Positions 1-8,650 of a stretch of 64,000 nucleotides of DNA are shown piece by piece. The stretch is from Candidatus Woesearchaeota archaeon (GTDB lineage: Archaea > Nanobdellota > Nanobdellia > Pacearchaeales > GW2011-AR1). The notes beneath the pieces were generated by a model that had not been told where the DNA came from, did no database searches, and worked only from the letters and a program-made list of their open reading frames with translations. Made by a program: the position numbers and the translations under genes. Positions within the stretch are counted from its first letter, which is position 1; every line of letters begins with the position of its first letter. The stretch is from the NCBI GenBank assembly GCA_964547875.1, contig CAZJPE010000002.1, positions 42,130 through 106,129 of the forward strand. The letters are read 5' to 3'.

Positions 1-1
1 A

Positions 2-220
2 AAAAGAGTTTTTGTTAAAACTAAAATTGAAGATAAGGATAAGTTATTTATAGAAGTCGGAGCAGGAGTTGTTGTTAAAAAAAGCCCGAAGGATGCCTTG
101 AAGATTATTGAAAAGCAGATTTCTAGGTTAAAAGAGGCAGGTTTGCAAATTGCTTCTCAATTAGAGAGCTATCGTGGGCAATTAGAGGAATTTCTTAGGG
201 AGATTCAAGTTGGAGACTAA
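2..220 (+). CDS. pfdA: Prefoldin alpha subunit, 3' partial (the gene starts upstream of the window)
   Basis: Frame 2 translates to ...FVKTKIEDKDKLFIEVGAGVVVKKSPKDALKIIEKQISRLKEAGLQIASQLESYRGQLEEFLREIQVGD*. This is the beta-hairpin GAG core plus C-terminal coiled coil typical of archaeal prefoldin alpha. Stop at 218-220. Confidence 0.55.
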   Translation, partial: KRVFVKTKIEDKDKLFIEVGAGVVVKKSPKDALKIIEKQISRLKEAGLQIASQLESYRGQLEEFLREIQVGD

Positions 221-274
221 GAAAACTATTTAAGCAATTAGTGTTTTGCTATAATTTATTAATAGAGGTAAAAA

Positions 275-1132
275 ATGCTAGAGATGCTTATTAATCCACG
301 CAAGGCAGAGAGGAGAGTATGGGAGCTGTTTTTTGTCGGGGCTTTTTATGCGAGCTTGTCGATATTATTAGTTAACTGGATATTCTCGCAAGATGCGGTT
401 TTATCAAGATATTCTGGGATATTAGTTGTTACATTTACTGTCATGCTATCAATGCCTTTTGTGTATTATACAATCAGACTAGAGGAAAAAAAGATAACAG
501 AAACAACTGGGACAATAGCTCTGCTTAAGGAGCATAAGAAAGCAATTTATGCATTTTTATGGCTTTTCTTTGGTTTTGTTATAGCATTGTCTTTTTGGTA
601 TGTTATCTTATCTTCTACGCAGAGCTTTAGGGCGCAGATTGAAACTTATTGCTTAATTAATAGGCCTGCTAATTTTGAAGCATGCGTTAATCAATATGAC
701 ATAAAAGATATATCAACTTCTGTGAGTTTCTTGTCAAATACCGAAAGATTATTTTTAATATTTACTAATAATATATATGTCTTGATTTTTACTTTAATAT
801 TCTCGTTAATATTTGGTGCAGGAGTTATTTTTGTTCTGGCATGGAATGCAAGCGTCATTGCAGCTGCAATAGGAATATTCACAAAATCTGAATTGAGTTT
901 TTTGCCAATTGCACTCATTAGATACATGATACACGGAATTCCTGAAATTGCTTCATACTTCATTGTTGCTTTGGCGGGAGGAATGATTTCAATTGCTGTG
1001 ATAAGGCATGAAACAGGGACACAGAAATTCTGGGATGTTTTACAAGACTCGCTGAATTTAATAATTATAGCAGTTATCGTTCTGTTCTTGGCGGCTTTGG
1101 TTGAGGTTTTTGTTACGCCCTTGTTGTTTTAA
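275..1132 (+). CDS. SpoIIM/DUF95-family polytopic membrane protein
   Basis: 285 aa with 5-6 TM helices. Asn/Gly-rich conserved positions (AWNASVIAAAIG, HGIPEIASYFIVALAGG) resemble the stage II sporulation protein M family found in archaea. Confidence 0.45.
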   Translation: MLEMLINPRKAERRVWELFFVGAFYASLSILLVNWIFSQDAVLSRYSGILVVTFTVMLSMPFVYYTIRLEEKKITETTGTIALLKEHKKAIYAFLWLFFGFVIALSFWYVILSSTQSFRAQIETYCLINRPANFEACVNQYDIKDISTSVSFLSNTERLFLIFTNNIYVLIFTLIFSLIFGAGVIFVLAWNASVIAAAIGIFTKSELSFLPIALIRYMIHGIPEIASYFIVALAGGMISIAVIRHETGTQKFWDVLQDSLNLIIIAVIVLFLAALVEVFVTPLLF

Positions 1133-1225
1133 CATTAAGTTTTATGATTTATATTCAATTAGACATTTTTAGGAAAGCTTGTTAAAATTGTCTTTTTAAT
1201 AGACTATCATTTAAAAATTGAAAGA

Positions 1226-1233
1226 TTTATATA
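1226..1233 (+). promoter_or_regulatory. Candidate archaeal TATA box (tttatata) about 25 bp upstream of the aglB ATG; a leaderless transcript is likely
   Basis: Sequence tttatata centred about 25 nt upstream of the ATG at 1255. No Shine-Dalgarno motif. Confidence 0.3.
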
Positions 1234-1254
1234 ACTATACTTTTATATCAATTA

Positions 1255-4011
1255 ATGGAAGAAAATAAAATAGAGGAGAAAGAAAAAGAGTTTATTGCGG
1301 ATAAATCTGAAAAACTTGGAGATAAAACTGAGAGGACAAATTTAGGAGAGGAAGAGCTTATTAAAATAAGAAAGGAAAAAATTATTAAATTTTTTAAAAC
1401 GAGATATAACTGGATAGTTTACATAATTTTAGCATGGATTGTTTGGATTGCCGTCAGGATTAGGACGCGAAATTTAGACAGGTTGAGAGATATTACAACT
1501 GGGACATGGACGCTTGGGCCTGACTTGGATCCTTTCCTATTTTTAAGATGGGCAAAATATATTGTTGAGAACGGAACTTTATATGCTGTTGATACAATGA
1601 GATATGTTCCTTTTGGCTTTAGAACAGATAGCGAGCTTCTCTTTCATCCTTATTTGATGGCATGGTTTCATAAAATAGCCTTGTTTTTTGGGAGTGAATC
1701 TGTCACACATTCTGCCGTTTTGTATCCTGTGTTTATGTTTGCTCTTACAGTTATTGCATTTTTTTTATTTACTAGAAAGATATTTTTAGAGAGAGAAGGC
1801 GTATTAAAATCAAACTTTATTGCACTTGTTTCCTCTTTTTTCCTAACTGTATTTCCTATTTTTCTTCCTAGAACAATAGCCGGAATTCCTGAGAAGGAAT
1901 CTGCTGCATTTTTATTTATGTTCCTCGCATTTTATTTCTTTCTGGGAGCGTGGAATGCAAAAAAATTTAAAAACGGGATTTTTTTGGCGATATTAGCCGG
2001 CGCTTCAACTGCAGGAATGGCTTTAATCTGGGGTGGATATGCCTTTATATTTTATACTTTATTTGTAGCAACTTTTATCGCTTTTATATTGGGCATGTTC
2101 GATAAGAATAAGCTATATATTTACGCGACATGGATTTTATCTTCTTTTAGTTTAATGTTTCCTTTTTCAAGCAGATATCCGATAAAGAGCTTATTGGCTA
2201 ATTATGTGGTAGGCGTTCTTTTCATAGTTTTAGTAGATTTTTTAATATTTAATACAAATATAAAAAATTACATATCGAAGAAATTTTCTAAAATCCCGCC
2301 TCGAATAATGAGTCTTATTGTAGGAATTGTGCTTCTAGTTATTATTAGTTCAATTTTCTTCGGATTGAATTATTTTCCATCTCAAATAAAAGGTATTATT
2401 TCAAATCTTTCTCCTACAACTTCTAGAATTATTCAAACTGTTGCGGAAAACAAGCCTCCGTTTTTTGTTGAATGGGTTGGAAGTTTCGGACCAATTTTTA
2501 GAGGTATTCCAATTGTATTCTGGATATTTTTCATAGGTTCAATTTATCTCTTTTATAGAATTATTGGTATATTAAATAAAAAAGAAAGATGGGTAATGAC
2601 TATTGCCTATATAATATTTATATTGGCTCTAATATTTAGCAGATATTCTGGAAATAGCACTTTTAATGGTATAAATAAGGCAAGTTCGACTTTTCTATTC
2701 TCTGGTTTTATAATTATTTTAGGATCAATGTCATATTATTATTATCAATATTTCAAAAGGGGAGAGGAAAATAAATTTAAACAAATAGAATTGGGATACA
2801 TAATCCTGTTTGCATTTCTATTCTTAAGTCTTATTGCGGCCAGGGGGGCTATTAGATTAGTAATGATGCTGGTTCCCCCTATATCCATCATAGTTTCTTT
2901 TTTTGTCGTAGTTGGATTAAGCGAGGCAAAAAAATTAAAGGACAATATAAAACGAATAATAACTTTAATTTTTGTAGGAATAATAGTTATTGGAACTATA
3001 TTTTCAGGATATCAATTCTATAAGCAAATTAATGGGGAAGCAGCAGGTTATGCTCCTTCGGTTTACACCCAACAATGGCAGAAAGCCATGGCTTGGGTAA
3101 GAGAAAATACGCAGAAAGACGCCGTATTTGGACACTGGTGGGATTATGGTTATTGGTTACAATCAATAGGAGAGAGAGCAACTGTTTTAGATGGAGGCAA
3201 TGCGCAAGGCTATTGGAATCATTTAATGGGAAGACATGCTCTTACCGGAACAAATGATAGAGATGCTATTGAATTCCTTTATGCTCATAATACTACGCAT
3301 TTCTTGATAGATTCTAGTGATATAGGAAAATATACTGCTTTTTCCAGTATAGGTTCTGACGCAAAATATGATAGAGTTAGCTGGCTAAGTACTTTTTCAA
3401 AAGATAAAAACCAGATTGCAGAGACAAAGAACTCAACCATTTTTTTATATTCTGGAGGAACTAATTTGGATGAGGATATAATACATGAAGAGAACGATAC
3501 TAAAATATTCTTGCCAGGTGGAAAATCCGGCATAGGAGCGATACTTATAGAAAGAGACGCTTCTGGGAAGATTATTAGAAATCCAATTGGCATTTTCATT
3601 TATCAAAACCAGCAATATAGGCTGCCTTTGAGATATGCTTATTACAATGGGCAATTCTTTGATTTTGGCTCTGGGTATGAGGCAGGCATATTTATATTGC
3701 CTGTTGCATCTGAAAATGGCGTTATCGAGATAGATGGTGCACTTATATACCTGTCAAGAAGAACTGTAAAATCGCAACTTGCGCGCTTATATCTATACAA
3801 TGAAGATAATCCCTACTTTAAGCTTGCGCATAGTGAAGATGATTTTGTTGTTGCACAGATTAAAGCACAAAATCCTAATTTCGGAGATTTTGTTTTCTTC
3901 CAAGGTCTTAGAGGACCTATAAGAATATGGGAGATTGATTATCCAGAAGATATAGAATTTAAAGAGGAGTACATAAGCACTAAATATCCTGAAGAGCTTG
4001 AGATTTCATAA
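1255..4011 (+). CDS. aglB: Archaeal oligosaccharyltransferase AglB (STT3 family, GT66)
   Basis: 918 aa. About 13 N-terminal TM helices plus a large C-terminal soluble domain. Exact WWDYG motif (VFGHWWDYGYWLQS). Confidence 0.9.
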   Translation: MEENKIEEKEKEFIADKSEKLGDKTERTNLGEEELIKIRKEKIIKFFKTRYNWIVYIILAWIVWIAVRIRTRNLDRLRDITTGTWTLGPDLDPFLFLRWAKYIVENGTLYAVDTMRYVPFGFRTDSELLFHPYLMAWFHKIALFFGSESVTHSAVLYPVFMFALTVIAFFLFTRKIFLEREGVLKSNFIALVSSFFLTVFPIFLPRTIAGIPEKESAAFLFMFLAFYFFLGAWNAKKFKNGIFLAILAGASTAGMALIWGGYAFIFYTLFVATFIAFILGMFDKNKLYIYATWILSSFSLMFPFSSRYPIKSLLANYVVGVLFIVLVDFLIFNTNIKNYISKKFSKIPPRIMSLIVGIVLLVIISSIFFGLNYFPSQIKGIISNLSPTTSRIIQTVAENKPPFFVEWVGSFGPIFRGIPIVFWIFFIGSIYLFYRIIGILNKKERWVMTIAYIIFILALIFSRYSGNSTFNGINKASSTFLFSGFIIILGSMSYYYYQYFKRGEENKFKQIELGYIILFAFLFLSLIAARGAIRLVMMLVPPISIIVSFFVVVGLSEAKKLKDNIKRIITLIFVGIIVIGTIFSGYQFYKQINGEAAGYAPSVYTQQWQKAMAWVRENTQKDAVFGHWWDYGYWLQSIGERATVLDGGNAQGYWNHLMGRHALTGTNDRDAIEFLYAHNTTHFLIDSSDIGKYTAFSSIGSDAKYDRVSWLSTFSKDKNQIAETKNSTIFLYSGGTNLDEDIIHEENDTKIFLPGGKSGIGAILIERDASGKIIRNPIGIFIYQNQQYRLPLRYAYYNGQFFDFGSGYEAGIFILPVASENGVIEIDGALIYLSRRTVKSQLARLYLYNEDNPYFKLAHSEDDFVVAQIKAQNPNFGDFVFFQGLRGPIRIWEIDYPEDIEFKEEYISTKYPEELEIS

Positions 4012-5027
4012 TGGTATCTAATATTCTATTAATCCCTGTGTTGGCAAGCTTTTTTGTAACTTTGTTCTTAGTCCCTTTTTGGATTAGAAAGGCTAGGCAG
4101 ATAGGGCTTGTGTGGGATGATATGAACAAAATTTTTGCTGAAAAGGTAGCTGGTTCTGGAGGCATTATGGCTGTTTTAGGATTTATTATTGGCATATTAT
4201 TATACATTGCCTATATAATATTTATATTAAAAAGTCGAAATTCGCATCTAATAGAGATACTTGCAATGTTAAGTGTTATCTTGCTTTTGGCGGGGGTGTC
4301 TTTTATTGATGATTTATTGGGATGGCGGCATGGGGGTTTATCCAGAAGGTCGAGAATTATTCTTGCTGCTTTCGCTGCTATTCCTTTAATGGCGATTAAT
4401 GCGGGGAAGAGCGTAATATCTATTCCTTTCCTTGGAAAAATTGATTTAGGCATTTTTTATCCGCTTATCATTATTCCGATTGGTATTATTGGGGCGACAA
4501 CTACATTTAATTTTTTAGCAGGCTTTAATGGCTTGGAAGCGGGGCAGGGCATTATTTTATTATCTGCGATTGCTTTAGTTGCTTTTTTTACTGGGAATCC
4601 CTGGCTTTCTATTATCGCTCTATGCATGATTGCTTCTCTTGTTGCTTTTCTATTTTATAATTTTTATCCTGCGAGAGTTTTTCCAGGCAATTCTTTGACA
4701 TATGCTGTTGGGGGATTGATTGCGATGATGGCTATTCTTGGAAATTTTGAAAAGATAGCTGTTTTCTTTTTTATTCCTTATATTATAGAAACTATTTTGA
4801 AATTGAGAGGGAAATTAAAAAAACAAAGCTTTGGTAAGCCATTGGAAGATGGAAGCCTGGATTTGAGATATAACAAAATTTATGGCCTGGAGCATTTTGC
4901 TGTCTATCTAATGAAGAAATTTGATGTGAAGCCAACAGAGAAAAGAGTTGTTTATTCTATTTGGATTTTTCAGATTATTATAATATTAATTGGATTATTT
5001 ATATTTAGAGAGGGCATTTTCAGATAA
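4011..5027 (+). CDS. Polyprenyl-phosphate GlcNAc-1-phosphate transferase (AglH/WecA/MraY superfamily)
   Basis: 338 aa polytopic protein. SFIDDLLGW (DDxxG) and NFLAGFNGLEAGQG (NxxNxxDGxDGL-like) motifs. The start overlaps the aglB stop (ATGG), suggesting translational coupling. Confidence 0.75.
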   Translation: MVSNILLIPVLASFFVTLFLVPFWIRKARQIGLVWDDMNKIFAEKVAGSGGIMAVLGFIIGILLYIAYIIFILKSRNSHLIEILAMLSVILLLAGVSFIDDLLGWRHGGLSRRSRIILAAFAAIPLMAINAGKSVISIPFLGKIDLGIFYPLIIIPIGIIGATTTFNFLAGFNGLEAGQGIILLSAIALVAFFTGNPWLSIIALCMIASLVAFLFYNFYPARVFPGNSLTYAVGGLIAMMAILGNFEKIAVFFFIPYIIETILKLRGKLKKQSFGKPLEDGSLDLRYNKIYGLEHFAVYLMKKFDVKPTEKRVVYSIWIFQIIIILIGLFIFREGIFR

Positions 5028-6232
5028 TGTTAAAGATAAACAAAAACCTAGTAAAGGGAAGTTTTATTTTATTGATAGCGTTTGGGTTATTTAATTTCTT
5101 TCAGTTTTTGTTTCAGCTTTTCATGGCCCGCATGCTTAGTGTCTCTGATTATGGGATATTGGCGAGCTTATTTGCCATCATCTACATTTTTCTTATATTT
5201 ACTGAATCTGTCCAGACAATTATGACAAAGTATTCTGCCAGCGAAAATAATAAAGGCAAATTGAAAAGTCTTCTTAAAAAGGCGTCGCATAAGGCTTTTT
5301 TTGTTGCATTGTATCTATTTGTTTTTTATATTATTCTCGCAATTCCTCTATCTTTTATATTAAGGATAGATTATTCTTTGCTAATTCTCAATGGATTGAT
5401 TATATTCATTGCCTTTTTTATGCCTATAAACCGAGGGTTGATGCAGGGGAAAGAGAGATTTAAATCGCTTGGCTTAAATTTAATTATCGAGGCTATTGGA
5501 AAATTAATTTTTGGCGTATTGCTTGTTTATGTCGGATTCAAAGTTTATGGCGCAATAATCGGCGTTGTGCTTGGAGGAATTTTAGCTTTTGCTTTTTCAT
5601 TTTCACAATTGCGCGACATAATAAAGGAGAAAGAAGAAAATGTAAAAACTCTTGGTATTTATGATTATGCCAAACCTGCTTTTATTATAACATCTATGAT
5701 AATTGTTTTTTATAGTTTAGACATGATAATGGCCAGGATTTTCTTTTCTCCCGAAATAGCTGGCTCTTACGCTATTGCTTCTATTCTGGGCAAAATAATT
5801 CTCTGGGGGACATTGCCTATAAGCAAGGCAATGTTTCCTATGTCTGCAGACATTGGGAATAGAAAGAAAGCTGGAAATGTATTTGCAAACGCATTAGCTA
5901 TTCTTCTATTAGGGATAGTTGCGATACTTATAATATTTTACTTATTCCCTAATTTTATAATAAAAATATTCTCCGGAAAGATAGTTCCTGAAGCAATATC
6001 AATTTTATTTTATCTGGGCATAGCATTTAGTTTTATTGCTCTGGCAAATTTGATTTTATTATATAAATTATCCTTGGGAAGAGTTAAGGGCTATGCTTAT
6101 TTAATTATCTTTGTAATTATTGAAATATTTCTATTGTGGTTTTTTTCAGGGAATTTATTTCAGTTTTCAGTTGCATTTATTACAGCTTCTGCTGCTTTTC
6201 TTTGGGGAAGTATTGTGCTGATTAGGGATTAA
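5027..6232 (+). CDS. Wzx/RfbX-type oligosaccharide flippase (polysaccharide biosynthesis protein family, AglR-like)
   Basis: 401 aa with about 12 TM helices. N-terminus typical of the Wzx family (LVKGSFILLIAF...ARMLSVSDYGIL). Start codon overlaps the previous stop. Confidence 0.65.
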   Translation: MLKINKNLVKGSFILLIAFGLFNFFQFLFQLFMARMLSVSDYGILASLFAIIYIFLIFTESVQTIMTKYSASENNKGKLKSLLKKASHKAFFVALYLFVFYIILAIPLSFILRIDYSLLILNGLIIFIAFFMPINRGLMQGKERFKSLGLNLIIEAIGKLIFGVLLVYVGFKVYGAIIGVVLGGILAFAFSFSQLRDIIKEKEENVKTLGIYDYAKPAFIITSMIIVFYSLDMIMARIFFSPEIAGSYAIASILGKIILWGTLPISKAMFPMSADIGNRKKAGNVFANALAILLLGIVAILIIFYLFPNFIIKIFSGKIVPEAISILFYLGIAFSFIALANLILLYKLSLGRVKGYAYLIIFVIIEIFLLWFFSGNLFQFSVAFITASAAFLWGSIVLIRD

Positions 6233-6495
6233 TCTGTTTCTTCTATAAAATTTTCTATTTCTTTTTTCTTTTTAATATTCAAAGAAACTTCCAGACCATA
6301 ATGAGTAGGTTTTGACATTAAGAGCCCTTCTTTAAGTAAATCGTTCATTACTTTCTTGACCTCTTTTTTAGTTCTTAAATAAACTGGAAGGCCCTTTCTT
6401 AAATTATGTATACTTGTATGCTTATGCACCCAAATTCTATGTCTTACTAATTTTCTTAAGACGAATCTTTTAATATCATCTTCTATATTGTCCAT
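6229..6495 (-). CDS. Small basic winged-helix-like protein (hypothetical DNA binder)
   Basis: 88 aa, Lys/Arg-rich. HTH-like segment HTSIHNLRKGLPVYLRTKKEVKKVMNDLLKEGLL. Confidence 0.3.
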   Translation of the reverse strand: MDNIEDDIKRFVLRKLVRHRIWVHKHTSIHNLRKGLPVYLRTKKEVKKVMNDLLKEGLLMSKPTHYGLEVSLNIKKKKEIENFIEETD

Positions 6496-6591
6496 ATAGC
6501 ATAAAATAGATAACCATTTATATTATTTTCTTTAAATAACTCCAATTTGATAATTGCTAAAATATAAATCTAGTATTAGAAAATAGAAATA

Positions 6592-6599
6592 TTTATAAA
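6592..6599 (+). promoter_or_regulatory. Candidate TATA box (tttataaa) about 25 bp upstream of the 6621 ATG
   Basis: AT-rich box at the expected archaeal spacing for a leaderless start. Confidence 0.3.
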
Positions 6600-6620
6600 T
6601 TCTATCTTATTGAATCGCTT

Positions 6621-6968
6621 ATGGAAGACGAATCTGAGGAACAAGAAATGACAAGCATTTTCGTAGAATATTTTGGTAGCTCGCCCTATGTAAAAATACT
6701 TGATTTTCTAATTCAGGGACAAGATTTTGATTATAGCATGACAGAAGTAGCTAGAGGATCTAAAGTTGGATGGAGTTCGTTTACTAAAATTTGGGATAAA
6801 CTATTAGGAAAGAATATAATAGTTCCTACAAGGAATATAGGAAATGCTAAATTGTTTAAGTTAAATAAAGACAACTACTTTGTACAGAAATTGATTAAAT
6901 TTGATTGGGAATTAACGAAAGCCGTAACAGAAAAATTAGATAGAGATGAAATTGAAGTTGGGAATTGA
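6621..6968 (+). CDS. Putative winged helix-turn-helix transcriptional regulator
   Basis: 115 aa with an acidic N-terminus. YVKILDFLIQGQDFDYSMTEVARGSKVGWSSFTKIWDKLLGKNIIV fits a wHTH recognition helix plus wing. Confidence 0.35.
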   Translation: MEDESEEQEMTSIFVEYFGSSPYVKILDFLIQGQDFDYSMTEVARGSKVGWSSFTKIWDKLLGKNIIVPTRNIGNAKLFKLNKDNYFVQKLIKFDWELTKAVTEKLDRDEIEVGN

Positions 6969-6980
6969 CTTTATTGATTT

Positions 6981-7919
6981 TTAGCAGTTACTATTGTAGA
7001 AAATGACAAATTTGGGGATAGTTATTTTTCTAATTATCTTTTCTATAATTATCTCAATTATTATTCCAACAATTGCTACAATTGCTACAATTATTATTCC
7101 AACTAATGCTGAGATGATATCGCTAAAAATTTCTCTTAAATAAGACAATAGTCTACTTTCCCTTTTGTTATAATATAAAGAAAATCTAGTATGACCAACA
7201 CCTTCATGCCAATTAGTAGAAGTTTGTTTTATTGCTATGCCAATTTTATTATCTCCTTTAATAAGTTGTAATTCTTCATTTCTTAATTCATAGCAAGGCT
7301 CGTCTGTACAAGAATATCTATTACCTAAATTAAATTTAAATAAAGTTCCTCTTTCTTCTCCTTTTCTTACTTGAATTTTACCTACGGGCATAAATTCAAA
7401 TTGTGCATTAGGGTATAATCTCCCTTCGAGAGATATATTTACAAAAGTTCTATCTTCAAAATTATCATTTAATCTTGTCAGAATAATATTTGAATAATTA
7501 TAATCTCTCCAAACCGAAAAATCTCCAATTTCTATTTTATAATCTATTTTTTCAGTATATTCTAGATAATCTTGATTATCAATATAATATTTACTATTCC
7601 AACTAATATCTTTTAATTCTAATTCATTAGGGATTCTTAATATAAGATTTCCTACTTGATTCGTGCCAGCAATATAAAAATTTATAGATCCCATATCTTC
7701 ATCAAAATCGTAATAAATCTGAAAATCTTGTAATTGTGGATTACTTAATAAGTCTCTTCTTGATGGGTCTATCTCAACTTCAAAATAATAATTATAATCT
7801 TCTAATGACTTATTGTTTTTATTGTCTAGATAAATAATGACTATTGATGATAATAAAAGAATTAATATTGATATAATTATTCTAAAAATTATTCTAAATC
7901 CTTTTAATTTTTTTACCAT
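6981..7919 (-). CDS. Membrane-anchored extracellular protein (hypothetical surface protein)
   Basis: 312 aa. N-terminal signal anchor, large hydrophilic middle with several N-x-S/T sequons (NYS, NIS), and a C-terminal TM helix encoded partly by 9-bp tandem repeats. Confidence 0.4.
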   Translation of the reverse strand: MVKKLKGFRIIFRIIISILILLLSSIVIIYLDNKNNKSLEDYNYYFEVEIDPSRRDLLSNPQLQDFQIYYDFDEDMGSINFYIAGTNQVGNLILRIPNELELKDISWNSKYYIDNQDYLEYTEKIDYKIEIGDFSVWRDYNYSNIILTRLNDNFEDRTFVNISLEGRLYPNAQFEFMPVGKIQVRKGEERGTLFKFNLGNRYSCTDEPCYELRNEELQLIKGDNKIGIAIKQTSTNWHEGVGHTRFSLYYNKRESRLLSYLREIFSDIISALVGIIIVAIVAIVGIIIEIIIEKIIRKITIPKFVIFYNSNC

Positions 7920-7948
7920 TTTATTATATATATTTGGAATTTAAATAA

Positions 7949-8650
7949 TTAATCCTTAAATTTCCAATAAATCAAAGTCCAAATGGCTTGCAAGCCGTCT
8001 TTCCAGTTGATTTTCTTGCCTTCTGCTATGCTTCTTGGATTGTATGAGATTGGAATTTCCTTTATTTTAATCCCTTGTTTTAGAATTCTTGCTGTAATTT
8101 CTGGCTCAAAATTAAATTTATTTGCCCTTATTTCTATGTTTTTTATTATATCGTTTCTAAAAACCTTATAACATGTTTCCATATCTGTTATTCTTGAATT
8201 ATATAGAATTTTTGTCAAAAATGTAAGGAATTTATTTCCTAAAAAATATAATTTATACATTGGCTTGTGCTTTTTTAGAAATCTTGAGCCATAGACAACT
8301 TTGGCTTTTTTTTCTATTATTGGCTTTATTAGTTTTTTAAAATCTTCAGGATTATATTCTAAATCTGCATCTTGGATCGTTATTATATCTCCAATTGCTA
8401 ATTTTATTCCTTCTTTAATTGCAGAGCCCTTGCCTTCATTTTCTTTTGTTTTAAATTTAAATTCTATTTCTTTATTTTTCTTCTGTTTTTTTAAATAAGT
8501 TTCTATTATTTTTTTTGAATTGTCCTTGCTACCGTCATCTATTATTATTATCTCTTTTTTTAGATTTATTCTTAATTTTAATAATTTATTTAGAATCTTT
8601 ATTATTGTTTTTTCTTCGTTGTAAACAGGAACTATTATTGACAATTTCAT
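7949..8650 (-). CDS. GT2-family glycosyltransferase (Dpm1-like)
   Basis: 233 aa. LSIIVPVYNEE, IIDDGSKDNS and the DxD motif QDADLEY. Confidence 0.8.
   Translation of the reverse strand: MKLSIIVPVYNEEKTIIKILNKLLKLRINLKKEIIIIDDGSKDNSKKIIETYLKKQKKNKEIEFKFKTKENEGKGSAIKEGIKLAIGDIITIQDADLEYNPEDFKKLIKPIIEKKAKVVYGSRFLKKHKPMYKLYFLGNKFLTFLTKILYNSRITDMETCYKVFRNDIIKNIEIRANKFNFEPEITARILKQGIKIKEIPISYNPRSIAEGKKINWKDGLQAIWTLIYWKFKD

Noticed and set aside
691-963. 90 aa minus-strand ORF inside the SpoIIM-like gene. The same applies to many other short antisense or alternate-frame ORFs in the track, for example 2745..2945, 3285..3654, 10037..10306, 34608..35309, 45463..45887 and 51335..51924.
   Set aside because: Each is fully embedded in a longer, motif-supported gene on the other strand or in another frame, with low-complexity AT-driven composition. 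These are treated as spurious.
7040-7100. 9-bp tandem repeats (caattgcta caattgcta caattatta) that could superficially suggest a short repeat array.
   Set aside because: They lie in-frame within the 6981..7919 CDS, encode a repetitive hydrophobic IVAIVAIVGIII transmembrane segment, and have no spacers, so this is not a CRISPR array.
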